Source of the DNA: Alphaproteobacteria bacterium
GTDB lineage: Bacteria; Pseudomonadota; Alphaproteobacteria; Micavibrionales; Micavibrionaceae
Assembly (NCBI GenBank): GCA_041397885.1
Contig: JAWKVV010000002.1
Span: forward strand, 48,804 to 112,803
Direction of reading: 5' to 3'
DNA length: 64,000 bases
Position 1 is the first letter of the stretch. Each line of letters starts with the position of its first letter. The notes below the pieces were generated by a model. The model ran no database searches. It was not told where the DNA came from and saw only the letters and a program-made list of their open reading frames with translations. Both the position numbers and the translations under genes were made by a program. Shown one piece after another: positions 1 through 9,079 of this stretch.

Positions 1-288
1 GAAAGGGCTTATGCTCTAATGGAATCTGTTCGTCTTGTTGTAACGCAAACATTGGTTAAAAAAGCCTCAGGGGGACGTATTGGCGTGCGGGAATGGATGC
101 GTTTTGATGATACCGTTCGTGATAAGTTGATGGATATGGACTTTAAAGACTGGCCCGCGGAAATTGGCCGTATGGTACCATTTTATGGACGAACAATGGC
201 GCGTAGTGCCGAGATTTTTTTTGAAAAAGGCGATATTGATCGTAGAACTTATATTATGCTTTCAAGTTCGACAGGATCGGGGGCTTAA
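1..288 (+). CDS. dotB: C-terminal fragment of DotB/TraJ-like (PilT-family) secretion ATPase; 5' end outside window
   Basis: Frame 1 is open from base 1. LVVTQTLVKKASGGRIGVREWMRFDDTVRDKL resembles the C-terminal part of PilT/DotB-type secretion ATPases. It lies directly upstream of an IcmT-like gene, as traJ-traK do in IncI plasmids. Confidence 0.5.
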   Translation, partial: ERAYALMESVRLVVTQTLVKKASGGRIGVREWMRFDDTVRDKLMDMDFKDWPAEIGRMVPFYGRTMARSAEIFFEKGDIDRRTYIMLSSSTGSGA

Positions 289-332
289 GCTATACTTAAT
301 GAGAAAGATACAAAGCGAAAGAGGGATATCAT

Positions 333-632
333 ATGGGACAGTTAGAAGATACCATTGAGGAACGTGCTAACTGGCATTGGAGAAATTCTATGCGTCCTGT
401 CCGCTTTTTGAATATTGATGCTCGGGCGGCTATTCCTTTTGCATTGTTACTTGTCTATTTTCGACCTATTACAGTTTTTTTGACGGTTGTAAGTACCGTT
501 TTGTTTATTGCCCTTGAAAAACGGGGATTAACTTTTCCGTCCGCTTTGCGGGCATTTCGATCCTGGCTGAACGGGCAAAGCCGTCCTGCCTGGGTTTCAC
601 GCCGCCGCCGCCGTTTTGTTGATTTTGGATGA
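333..632 (+). CDS. icmT: IcmT/TraK-like small inner-membrane T4BSS protein
   Basis: 99 aa. WRNSMRPVRFLNIDARAAIPFALLLVYFRP is followed by hydrophobic helices and an RRRRR tail, as I remember IcmT/TraK. AGAGGGA RBS sits 7 nt upstream. Position is after dotB. Confidence 0.55.
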   Translation: MGQLEDTIEERANWHWRNSMRPVRFLNIDARAAIPFALLLVYFRPITVFLTVVSTVLFIALEKRGLTFPSALRAFRSWLNGQSRPAWVSRRRRRFVDFG

Positions 633-725
633 TTTACGGGCAGTAAATAAGATTTCAGCTTGTTTTTTGGCGACATACCGCTTAGTTTTTGATTTATTCA
701 ATAAATATTAGCTAGGGTAAAAACG

Positions 726-1565
726 ATGTTTCGTGTGCTTTTTGGAATGCTTATCACTTTATTTTTAATTTCAGGGCCTGCTTATGCGGGATTTGAATGG
801 ATTGCACCTGCAGAGCAAGAACGTGCGGCGCCTCAACCTATTATTTCACATGAAATGACAATCGAAGATCCTGTTGTTTATCCTGCGCCACCTGTGATGA
901 TGGAACCTGTTCAAAATGAACCGATGGCAATTATGCCGCCTCAAAATGATTTTTCTTATGAAGTTCAAAACGCTGTTCCTCAGCAAGTGAAAAACTTGTC
1001 AGATAAACCAAAATCAGGACTTTATATTAATCCTTACCCGTTAAGAAATCAGGACATGAATGACCCAATCACAGATTCATCTTTGACAGATGTAGCTCTA
1101 GTTGAACAAGGTGGTAATTTAAGACCTGTTCAATTGGGCAACAACATGACAACAGGTGTTAAGGCCTATCAAGGGAAACGGTCTATTCAAAGATCAGTGA
1201 ATATTCCAACGCCACCAACGCCAGCATCCAGTGGCTTGACGCCCATTCCTGGGGGAGAGCCAGCACCTTTATATGAAATTGAAAAGGCCTATTACGCTCC
1301 ATCATCAACCATATCAGATACGCCAGTACAATATGCTCATGCTATTGGTTTTGGGCGCGATCTTCCTTTGGCTTTAGCACTGTCTCAGGTCATTCCAGAG
1401 GGCTTCACTCATAGTTTTGCTGAAGATGTTGATCCAGGCGTTGCAGTTTCTTGGGAAGGCGGAGAACCTTGGAACGTGGTGCTTAATAACATGCTGCGCC
1501 CGCAAAACATGACAGCTATCATCCAAGGGACAAATATTACCATTCAGCCAATGCAAAAACTGTAA
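726..1565 (+). CDS. Exported protein with Pro-rich linker and C-terminal TcpQ/PilL-like domain
   Basis: Signal peptide MFRVLFGMLITLFLISGPAYA. The C-terminus LPLALALSQVIPEGFTHSFAEDVDPGVAVSWEGGEPWNVVLNNML matches my memory of the TcpQ (toxin-coregulated pilus Q / conjugative PilL) C-terminal domain. Confidence 0.5.
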   Translation: MFRVLFGMLITLFLISGPAYAGFEWIAPAEQERAAPQPIISHEMTIEDPVVYPAPPVMMEPVQNEPMAIMPPQNDFSYEVQNAVPQQVKNLSDKPKSGLYINPYPLRNQDMNDPITDSSLTDVALVEQGGNLRPVQLGNNMTTGVKAYQGKRSIQRSVNIPTPPTPASSGLTPIPGGEPAPLYEIEKAYYAPSSTISDTPVQYAHAIGFGRDLPLALALSQVIPEGFTHSFAEDVDPGVAVSWEGGEPWNVVLNNMLRPQNMTAIIQGTNITIQPMQKL

Positions 1566-1573
1566 TGGGTTTT

Positions 1574-2704
1574 TTATCGTCCTAAGAAATTAACCAGTGT
1601 CAGATTGGAGATTAAAGCTGTTACGCTGAACGAAGCTTCTAATCCAATCTGCAGTTGCTGAATTTTTGCAACTGTTTCAGTTAAATCAACATCTTCTGCG
1701 TCGGCAACGGTGCTCTTAAATGCATCAATTTGATAGGTATATTGTTCTTTAATTGAAAGTGTTTGTGCTTCAACGAGAGAAAGTCTGTATTCTTCTTTTT
1801 CTAATTTATCGACAGCCGTAGCAATGGTGGCGGCCAAATCATTGAAAACGGCATAAAAATTTTGCTGTTTTTCAGTTGAAGGATAGGGAGGCACATCATC
1901 GACGGGCCGTGTTGCTGTTGGGTCATTTAAGGCGCCTGGAGCATATTCTGGCGGAGGAAGATTTTTCAACACGCCAAGAGCAATAACAAGCTCTTTCATG
2001 CCTGGTGTATTGGCAAGTAGAGTGTAATCAAAATCAGAGTTTTCATCTACACGTACGCGCACATCCCCTGTAGAGCCGCTGATTAAAGATTGGGAATATC
2101 CCAATACGTTCTCATTAACCCCATTATAGGCGGCAATAAATTCGTCTGTTGTGATCGTTCCATCCCCCCACTGACCAATAAATCCAGAAGCTACAAGAGG
2201 GGGATTGGTTATATCAGTTTGGTCGGGAACGAATTCACCTAAATAAGAATCAAATAAACCTAAATCATCAATGGGTTTAACACTGGAATCTGATCCTGCA
2301 AAAAGGTAACGCTCTCCATCTTTTTGATTCATAAGGTCAATGATGTAATCATAAACATCGGAAGCCAGTTGTTGTGTTGTTGTAAATTCAGGAAGCTCTC
2401 CGCCTTGTTTGAGAGTTGTTAACGCTGCAGAGATATTGTTTGCTTGCCCAGAAATTTGTTCGATGGCACTAGTCATTAACTGAATTCTGCGGCTCGCGTT
2501 TTTGATATTGGTTGTATATTGCTCTAGCTTATTGATATCCGCCCGCGCCCTTTGAGACCGTAAAATATCTGTTCCCAAACCAGAGAATTGCTGCGTTTTC
2601 TTTCCAGTTGCGATTTGGGTGCTAAAAGTATCCAGCGTAATTTGCTGTGATTTTAAACGCGCAATTTGGTCAATAGCTTGTCCTAAGTTTGAAATTCCAG
2701 TCAT
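1574..2704 (-). CDS. flgL: Flagellar hook-associated protein 3 (FlgL)
   Basis: 376 aa with flagellin-like N- and C-terminal helices (MTGISNLGQAIDQIARLKSQQ...; ...ALISNLTLVNFLGR). Immediately downstream of flgK. AAGGAG RBS. Confidence 0.8.
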   Translation of the reverse strand: MTGISNLGQAIDQIARLKSQQITLDTFSTQIATGKKTQQFSGLGTDILRSQRARADINKLEQYTTNIKNASRRIQLMTSAIEQISGQANNISAALTTLKQGGELPEFTTTQQLASDVYDYIIDLMNQKDGERYLFAGSDSSVKPIDDLGLFDSYLGEFVPDQTDITNPPLVASGFIGQWGDGTITTDEFIAAYNGVNENVLGYSQSLISGSTGDVRVRVDENSDFDYTLLANTPGMKELVIALGVLKNLPPPEYAPGALNDPTATRPVDDVPPYPSTEKQQNFYAVFNDLAATIATAVDKLEKEEYRLSLVEAQTLSIKEQYTYQIDAFKSTVADAEDVDLTETVAKIQQLQIGLEASFSVTALISNLTLVNFLGR

Positions 2705-2734
2705 TTTTTATAGACTCCTTTAAATCAAAAAATT

Positions 2735-5188
2735 TTATCTTCTAAATGCGTTGATGAGTTCTTGAAACATTTCATCTGCCGCTGTTATAGCGCGGGCTGC
2801 TGCGGCGTATGCTGTTTGAACAACAATTAAATTTGACATTTCTTCATCAATGTTAACGCCTGAATCATCTGAAAATTGTCGCTGGACAATGCCGCGAAGC
2901 GTATCTTCATTTTCAAAAGCAGATTGTGCCTGTAAATAATCTTGTGATGTTTCATCAATCATTTTTTGAGCATAATCAATAAGATTAGATGAGCTGAAAA
3001 TACCTGTTGAAATGGCGGCATTCGGCCCTAAAAAATGGTTACGGATATTCGTAAAGGTTCCTGATCCGTTTGTAATTTCAAAGCTGTATCCTGCTGTTGA
3101 AATCGGCGATGTCTCTGTCACAGGTGGTCCTGCACTAAAGCTACCAAATAACGCACCGACAATGCTCACATTATCTGGGAAGCCATTGACGGCAGTATCT
3201 GTCGCGAAGGGCCCGCCTGTAATTCTGATATCGCCGCCAAATAAAGGTGCAGTATCTAAAGGCCCCCAGTTACTGTCATCTACCCCAGGGCGTAGAGTTA
3301 AGAATCCTGTGATGGCATCAATATCAACAAATAGGCCAGGCACACCTGTACCAGTCGTTGTGTTATATTCTAATTTAGCTTGCAACTCTACAAAGGTATC
3401 ACCAGGTTCAATGGTGATATTTACGGGAGTATCATTACCAATTTGAACATTAAAATTAGGATCTTCGGTTACGAAAGTGCCCTCGGCAATACCTAAAACA
3501 TCTAGCGCTGTTGTCCCCATTGCGTTGGCAAAACCTGTCCCCGCAATTGTTACGTTTCCACGGCTTTGAATGACGAGTTGTCCATAATTATTAGTAGTAG
3601 CCATGGCTTGATCTGGCGTTAAACCTGCCAAAGCAGCTTGAGAATTAATCTCGGCAATAATTTGATCTAGAGCATTATTGATACCTGGACCAATAGGAAA
3701 ATTTGCTTGTGCATTGCTCAAGTCCAAACTGATTGTTGTAGGACCAAAGCCAACTCCACGGACCTCTTCAAAAGTAATTTGAATTTCATCGTTTGCAGGA
3801 TATCCAGGGAAGGCACTTGAAACAGATTCAATTAAATCATTTGTACCTGCAATTCCGTCATCAATTTCAGAGAAAGATGAAAAATCAACACCCATAATAA
3901 CTTTGTTTGTTGAATATAATCCAAGCCATTCTTGTAAATCGACTGCTACACCTATATTGACCAAATCGGAAGATCCAATAGCTTCTTGGTAGTTAATATC
4001 TCCAAAGCCAAATTCTAAAACACGGCGAATAACTGAATTATCACCAGAAGGAAGAGTGATATCAGAATTATAAGTTCCTGATTGCAGGAGGGTGATATCG
4101 TTATCAATGTCTCGGTTAACACGAATTGTACGCGCAAAATCAACATAAGGAACAGGCGTTGGAAGTGGTAAAGTCGTTGGATCAGGCGCTGTTCCCAACG
4201 GAATACTGCCTGATTGATCTGTAAAAAGCGTTAACCCTTGGGCTTCAAAACGAAAGGCCATCTGATAGGCAAGTTCATCCAATTGGGCGTGATAGGAAGG
4301 GATAGTTTCATCACGTAAAGTCAATAACCCACCAATTTTTCCGCCAATGACACGGTCTGTGATATCTGTTCGGGTTTCGCGGCCATTGGCGATACTCACA
4401 ACAATAAGACCGCTCGCGCTGTTCGGATAGTATTGATTGGCAGATAGGGGAACAGATTCAAAATCTAGCCTATTCGCATAATCTCCTGCCAATTGCATTC
4501 CCTCTTTTGTCTGAACAACCAAAACGCCGTCGGATCTTTCAAAGAATGTAATGTCCATTTCTTCAGTTAAGGCCTTGATCGCGATATCACGTTCATCCTG
4601 AAGTCCTGCAACCGAATTATTAAAATTTTCTGCGCCGCGAATTTGGATATTAATATTGGTGATTTCTTCCAAAAGACTGTTTACTCTGTTGACCGAAGTT
4701 TGAAGATCCCCTTGTGTATCGTTTCTAAGCTGTGTCAAAAGGGCGGAATAATCATTAAACTTATCAGCCACAATATGCGCTTGGTCTAAAGTTGCTTGGA
4801 GAGCTTGCACGTCATCAGGAATATCAGATAAAGCACTGAAAGAATCGCGAAGTTGTGCAATTTTGGCAGCAATCGAAAATTCTTTTTCTGGGGGACCATT
4901 GAAATCCTGTATTTTTTGCAAATATTGAACCTGGACATCTTGCATGCTTGCGGCGCTGATCTGTGTCCATAAATCCCTTTGTAAATTCATATCCACAGTA
5001 CGAATAACAGCCCCTGTCAAAACACCGACGGTTTGACCGCTCTCACGCAAAAGTTGCGTTTCTTGTGGCAAAATTTGCCTGTTATAGCCTGGTGTTGTGG
5101 CATTGGTGACGTTGTTGGAGATCACACTCAGCTGTGCCTGAGCGGCGCGCAAACCTGTTATAGCTGTGTTAAGTGCTTGAAATGTCAT
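2735..5188 (-). CDS. flgK: Flagellar hook-associated protein 1 (FlgK), long form (~817 aa)
   Basis: N-terminus MTFQALNTAITGLRAAQAQLSVISNNVTNATTPGYNRQ and C-terminus EEMSNLIVVQTAYAAAARAITAADEMFQELI are classic FlgK rod/hook-family termini. I chose the ATG at 5188 (AGAGGAAAAG RBS) rather than the ORF-track start at 5224. Confidence 0.85.
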   Translation of the reverse strand: MTFQALNTAITGLRAAQAQLSVISNNVTNATTPGYNRQILPQETQLLRESGQTVGVLTGAVIRTVDMNLQRDLWTQISAASMQDVQVQYLQKIQDFNGPPEKEFSIAAKIAQLRDSFSALSDIPDDVQALQATLDQAHIVADKFNDYSALLTQLRNDTQGDLQTSVNRVNSLLEEITNINIQIRGAENFNNSVAGLQDERDIAIKALTEEMDITFFERSDGVLVVQTKEGMQLAGDYANRLDFESVPLSANQYYPNSASGLIVVSIANGRETRTDITDRVIGGKIGGLLTLRDETIPSYHAQLDELAYQMAFRFEAQGLTLFTDQSGSIPLGTAPDPTTLPLPTPVPYVDFARTIRVNRDIDNDITLLQSGTYNSDITLPSGDNSVIRRVLEFGFGDINYQEAIGSSDLVNIGVAVDLQEWLGLYSTNKVIMGVDFSSFSEIDDGIAGTNDLIESVSSAFPGYPANDEIQITFEEVRGVGFGPTTISLDLSNAQANFPIGPGINNALDQIIAEINSQAALAGLTPDQAMATTNNYGQLVIQSRGNVTIAGTGFANAMGTTALDVLGIAEGTFVTEDPNFNVQIGNDTPVNITIEPGDTFVELQAKLEYNTTTGTGVPGLFVDIDAITGFLTLRPGVDDSNWGPLDTAPLFGGDIRITGGPFATDTAVNGFPDNVSIVGALFGSFSAGPPVTETSPISTAGYSFEITNGSGTFTNIRNHFLGPNAAISTGIFSSSNLIDYAQKMIDETSQDYLQAQSAFENEDTLRGIVQRQFSDDSGVNIDEEMSNLIVVQTAYAAAARAITAADEMFQELINAFRR

Positions 5189-5263
5189 TCTTTTCCTCTT
5201 TTTGAGTGAACGATCAAAGGCCAAGAGACCTTAGGGCCGTTTTCCACAATCTAGGAATAGAAT

Positions 5264-5279
5264 TGCAAGCGCAGTGCCA
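5264..5279 (-). promoter_or_regulatory. Sigma-54 (-24/-12) promoter upstream of flgK
   Basis: The minus strand reads TGGCACtgcgcTTGCA, an exact match to TGGCAC-N5-TTGCA. The -12 element lies about 76 nt upstream of the flgK ATG. Confidence 0.55.
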
Positions 5280-5294
5280 GTTTAGAAATTAATA

Positions 5295-6341
5295 TTATGG
5301 CAAAGTAACATCAGGTTCGCCTGCAGGACTGTTTAGAACAGGTGTTACTTCCCGAACGATCAGATCTTGCTGTTTATAGCGATCCTGAAGCGCTTTTAAG
5401 GCTGAAATAAGCATCATACGACGCTCAAGGGCTTCATGAATATCACGATCCTGCATCGTTTTAATGGCTTGCCCTGCGGCACGTATACGCTTTACATTTG
5501 CAGGCTTATCATACAAATTAATGATGAACTCAGGATTTTGGTAAATTTTCTTGGTGAGAATTTCCATTTGGGCGTAATAACTTGGGTTTTCGCCCATTAA
5601 TTCCTCTATATCCGCAGGCGCTGCGCCCATTTCCTGTAGAAGAGCTTTCATATAAGGTCCTGCACTTTCGGCTAAGGTATCAGGCCCTTCAGTCTTTTTG
5701 GCAATAATTTCAGCAAAGGCGTTTTGTGCAACCCCCCGAATGGCAATCAATGATCGCATATCCTGATAGGGCCCTACAAAACTATATAAAGTTGTTGTGT
5801 TAGCACTTTTCCACGGGAAGGCATCCTGCATGAAAATATAATCTAAGAAGGTAAAGAGATTTTCTTCTTCAGGCGTTACTTGATTATCTGTCAGATTCAA
5901 AGGAATGGTCAGCGGCATATCAATTGTTTGGGTATAATTGATATCGGCATTTTGTTGATTAGGAGCGCCACTTGACCCGCAAAGCTGTGCATTTTCTTTG
6001 CGGTTATCTTCTATGTCACAGAACGTGCTAATGTAGTTTCTTTTCTTGGTTTCTTGATCAGATCCTTCGTAAAATGTTTTTACATCTCCGCTTGCTAGAG
6101 CGCGATCTAACATAGAACGGGCAAGAGCTTCCTGTGTTAAGTCTGCGCGTCTTTGGGAATTTGTTAAGTTACGAACAAAAGTCCCAATTTCACACATTTG
6201 TTCAGAAGGATGATAGTCCTTATGTGCCTGCGCTGTTTTTTCTTGCATGAGGCGCTGGGTTTCTAATTGATGTTTGGCATCTAAAAATTCGCCGATCATT
6301 TCTATTTGGTGAATCATGAGTGTTGTTAACTGAACGGTCAT
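5295..6341 (-). CDS. Member P1 of the exported Cys-rich paralog family; N-terminally truncated, probably a decayed copy
   Basis: Carries the family core (IGEFLDAKHQLETQRLMQEKTAQAHKDYHPSEQMCEIGT ... NPSYYAQMEILTKKIYQNPEFIINLYDKPANV). It lacks a signal peptide and the Cys cluster. Family-like sequence continues upstream of the Met until a stop at about 6393 and then in another frame. Confidence 0.6.
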   Translation of the reverse strand: MTVQLTTLMIHQIEMIGEFLDAKHQLETQRLMQEKTAQAHKDYHPSEQMCEIGTFVRNLTNSQRRADLTQEALARSMLDRALASGDVKTFYEGSDQETKKRNYISTFCDIEDNRKENAQLCGSSGAPNQQNADINYTQTIDMPLTIPLNLTDNQVTPEEENLFTFLDYIFMQDAFPWKSANTTTLYSFVGPYQDMRSLIAIRGVAQNAFAEIIAKKTEGPDTLAESAGPYMKALLQEMGAAPADIEELMGENPSYYAQMEILTKKIYQNPEFIINLYDKPANVKRIRAAGQAIKTMQDRDIHEALERRMMLISALKALQDRYKQQDLIVREVTPVLNSPAGEPDVTLP

Positions 6342-6811
6342 TTGTTGTAATGCCGCAACCCAAATATATTTGATTTGGTCAGCTAGAGAATTGAATTATT
6401 CGTTCCAACTCCAGCGGAAGGTGTTGGCCCTGTCCAAGTGTAATTGGTCCTGGAGAGATTGTTCCTCCCCCTCCTGTGGAATAAGATTGAGGTACATTGA
6501 GCGTTAGGAACAGGTAACCCCCATGTTCACAAACATAAAATAAGGGCTTGTTGCACCATCATCGACATCACCACTTGACTGTGTTCCTGAAGCACTGTTC
6601 GCTAATGGTTTTACAAATAAACCCCCGCCCCCCAAGATGGGCTCCTCCAAAAGACCAGACCAAGTACAGGGCAGGAACGGTTGATTGACCATTACAGAAC
6701 TCTCCGTTCTCCCCAATTATAACCCTGAACCACATAACCACTATTGACCCTTGTGCGCGGCAGGACAGTTGTTCTGTAGATATGCAAGGTTTTTGAGAGT
6801 GAATTCATCCA

Positions 6812-7141
6812 TCATGGCTTCTTGCACCCCAGAACAGGCGTTTGTTGCCAATCCCTGATTAGAAACACCCACTGTTTACAACTTGCGGGGGCATTTTGAT
6901 AAGCATTAAGCCCTGAAGCTGTGGTTGGCATGAACTGATACATCCCTGTAGCACCAATACTATTGGCAATTGTGTAAGAACAGTTTGATTCTGTCTGACA
7001 GATAGAGTTTTTGTATTGGGTTAAATTACAGGTTCCGCCGCTTGGACCTGTTCCCGCGCCAGATCCACCAGTGGGCTGTGCGAATGCGAAAGAAGGTATA
7101 AATATAACAATGAATGATAATATTAAAAATAAACGCATCAT
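6812..7141 (-). CDS. Exported lytic-transglycosylase (SLT/VirB1-like) fragment, apparently truncated
   Basis: Signal peptide MMRLFLILSFIVIFIPSFAFA and a Gly-rich linker. CQTES...GATGMYQFMPTTA resembles the catalytic ES and GLMQxMPxTA motifs of SLT domains. At 109 aa it is too short for a full domain. Its start overlaps the upstream stop (ATGA). Confidence 0.4.
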   Translation of the reverse strand: MMRLFLILSFIVIFIPSFAFAQPTGGSGAGTGPSGGTCNLTQYKNSICQTESNCSYTIANSIGATGMYQFMPTTASGLNAYQNAPASCKQWVFLIRDWQQTPVLGCKKP

Positions 7142-7629
7142 AACGTCACCTGCCCTCTACCGTTATGGCAGATTGTTTTATGCGTCATATCGTTCTGTAT
7201 TTCTATACAATAGTTGGAAGAATTAGTTTGTTTTGCCATGCTGAGTTCAAGACGGCCAGCCCAATCCGCAGTAATGGGACGTATATTCATGGGGATGTCA
7301 GGATTTTTCAAAACAACAAGGGTGGATTTCTCTAATCCTGATAAAGCCACTTTAACATTTTGATTGGTGTTGACGACTTCAATATCAATGTAGCGTTCAT
7401 CATTATTTTTAATTTTATAAGTTACGATATAAGGTTCTACAAATTGTAGATTATCGTGATTGAATAAGGTTTCTTCATTTGCTTTCACCACTGTTGTAAA
7501 AGAGTGATCAATACCATGACCGTGGTAGTTTGTTTGAATTTCTGTTTTCTGATCAAAACTTGTAAATTTTTCTAGGTAATTGTTATTTTCATTTGGGGCA
7601 GAAAGTTTTTCTTCACGAATTAAAACCAT
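7138..7629 (-). CDS. Hypothetical protein in the paralog operon; may extend to an ATG at 7703 through a frameshift
   Basis: 163-aa ORF with no recognisable motif. A 27-codon ORF (7620-7703, MDKLKQYKRLIGGGFIVSFVLAIVLWF, good RBS) encodes a TM helix. It would join this ORF if one base were added to the T4 run at 7622-7625. Confidence 0.5.
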   Translation of the reverse strand: MVLIREEKLSAPNENNNYLEKFTSFDQKTEIQTNYHGHGIDHSFTTVVKANEETLFNHDNLQFVEPYIVTYKIKNNDERYIDIEVVNTNQNVKVALSGLEKSTLVVLKNPDIPMNIRPITADWAGRLELSMAKQTNSSNYCIEIQNDMTHKTICHNGRGQVTL

Positions 7630-7754
7630 AAAACAATAGCAAGAACAAAAGAGACGATGAAACCGCCACCAATTAATCTTTTATATTGTTTCAACTTATC
7701 CATTATACTTTTCCTAATTCAATGCGGGAATGCTGAGAAGAGGGTTTTGTGATT

Positions 7755-9074
7755 TCATACCTCTCTTCTGCTTCTTTCCGCTTCCTCAGCTTTAAGAAGG
7801 ATTGTATCCAAGTAACCACTAATAATTGCTTTCGTAATAACGGAATCTCTATAGGTATCGCGGCGCTGCATTAAATCAATCGCGCTTTGTGCTGCAATTT
7901 TGCGCTCCACGTTAACAGGCTTATCATATAGCTCTGTATAGTAATTGGGTGTCTGATACAGCGTCTTTGTTAGAAATTCCATTTGAGCGTCATAACTTGG
8001 GCGCGGACCGATAAGCTCTGCAATATCTGTTGTTGTCAGCCCCATATTTTCTAAATAAGCCTGAATATAGGGTTCAACTGTATCTGTTCCTTGTGACTTT
8101 CTACCGACTTGAGCAGCATAAGCGGAGAGCGTTAAGTTTTTATGTGCAACCAAGGATCGTATTTTCATGTAAGGGAACGCGCCTTTTGGGATAATTGTAC
8201 CGTTAGGGAGCGCCATTTTATCTTCTGGAATACGCGGAAGGACATCATTACCGTAAAGATTATTACTTAAGGCCAAAATATCTTCTTCATCAGGTGTGAC
8301 ATTATTCAAACTAAAATCAATTTCCAATGTTTGTTTCTGGTCAACGGTATTTGTATAGTTAATATCGCGGTTAATTTGCGTAGAGCCTGAACTGTTACAT
8401 ACGCGGGTCATTCCGTTTCCAAAATCAGCAGCATTACAGTATTTGTTTTTGAATTGGTCGAGACGGCTTCGCGTATAATCTCGCTGTCCTCCTGCAGAAA
8501 TAGAATCACCACTTAAGAGGTCTCTTTGCGTCCCATGAGATGAAATGGCAATTTGTGTAAGGGTTGCATTTCTATCTGAAGCAGCTAACGCTCTGGTGTT
8601 TGTTCCAAAGCGACACATTCCTTCGCTTGGTTGGTAATCTTTATGTGCTTGGGCTTGCAGTTCTTGCAGTATACGTTGGCTCTCTAATTGATGTTTTGCA
8701 TCAATTAATGTTCCCAAAATCATCATTTGTTGTGTCATAACGGCAGTCAGCTGCTCTGTCATAAACATCATGGCAGGAAGAAGATGTGCTTCCCAGAATA
8801 CTTTAATCAACCATTCACGCTGTTGAATGAATTCATCAGTAATATGTCGAATAGTAACAGTGGTTTCGGCATTCGATTGGCAAGCGCAAACATCTCTACT
8901 GCACTCTACTAGAGCATCTCTACATGTGGGGCAAGGACAGCAAATTGGCCCTCCAAATAAAGCTTCCGCTTTTCGTGGATTATTGAGTAGGGCATATGAA
9001 GAAAAACCTATTACCAAAGCAATGAGGCTTAGTATTTTTATATTTTTTGCTGTTTTAAATATAAATTTTTTCAT
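7755..9074 (-). CDS. Paralog family member P2 (439 aa), exported, Cys-rich
   Basis: N-terminal signal/anchor. Cys cluster ICCPCPTCRDALVECSRDVCAC. Core motifs LIDAKHQLESQRILQELQAQAHKDYQPSEGMCRFGT and RPSYDAQMEFLTKTLYQTPNYYTELYDKPVNV. Confidence 0.7.
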   Translation of the reverse strand: MKKFIFKTAKNIKILSLIALVIGFSSYALLNNPRKAEALFGGPICCPCPTCRDALVECSRDVCACQSNAETTVTIRHITDEFIQQREWLIKVFWEAHLLPAMMFMTEQLTAVMTQQMMILGTLIDAKHQLESQRILQELQAQAHKDYQPSEGMCRFGTNTRALAASDRNATLTQIAISSHGTQRDLLSGDSISAGGQRDYTRSRLDQFKNKYCNAADFGNGMTRVCNSSGSTQINRDINYTNTVDQKQTLEIDFSLNNVTPDEEDILALSNNLYGNDVLPRIPEDKMALPNGTIIPKGAFPYMKIRSLVAHKNLTLSAYAAQVGRKSQGTDTVEPYIQAYLENMGLTTTDIAELIGPRPSYDAQMEFLTKTLYQTPNYYTELYDKPVNVERKIAAQSAIDLMQRRDTYRDSVITKAIISGYLDTILLKAEEAERSRREV

Positions 9075-9079
9075 ATCCG

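Noticed and set aside
3012-3446. 144-aa plus-strand ORF inside flgK. Similar antisense ORFs occur at 8727-9087, 9197-9493, 11515-11757, 13552-13740, 21545-21910 and 22533-22905.
   Set aside because: These lie entirely antisense to long, well-supported genes. They have odd composition and no RBS or motif. They are shadow ORFs typical of the opposite strand of real coding sequence.
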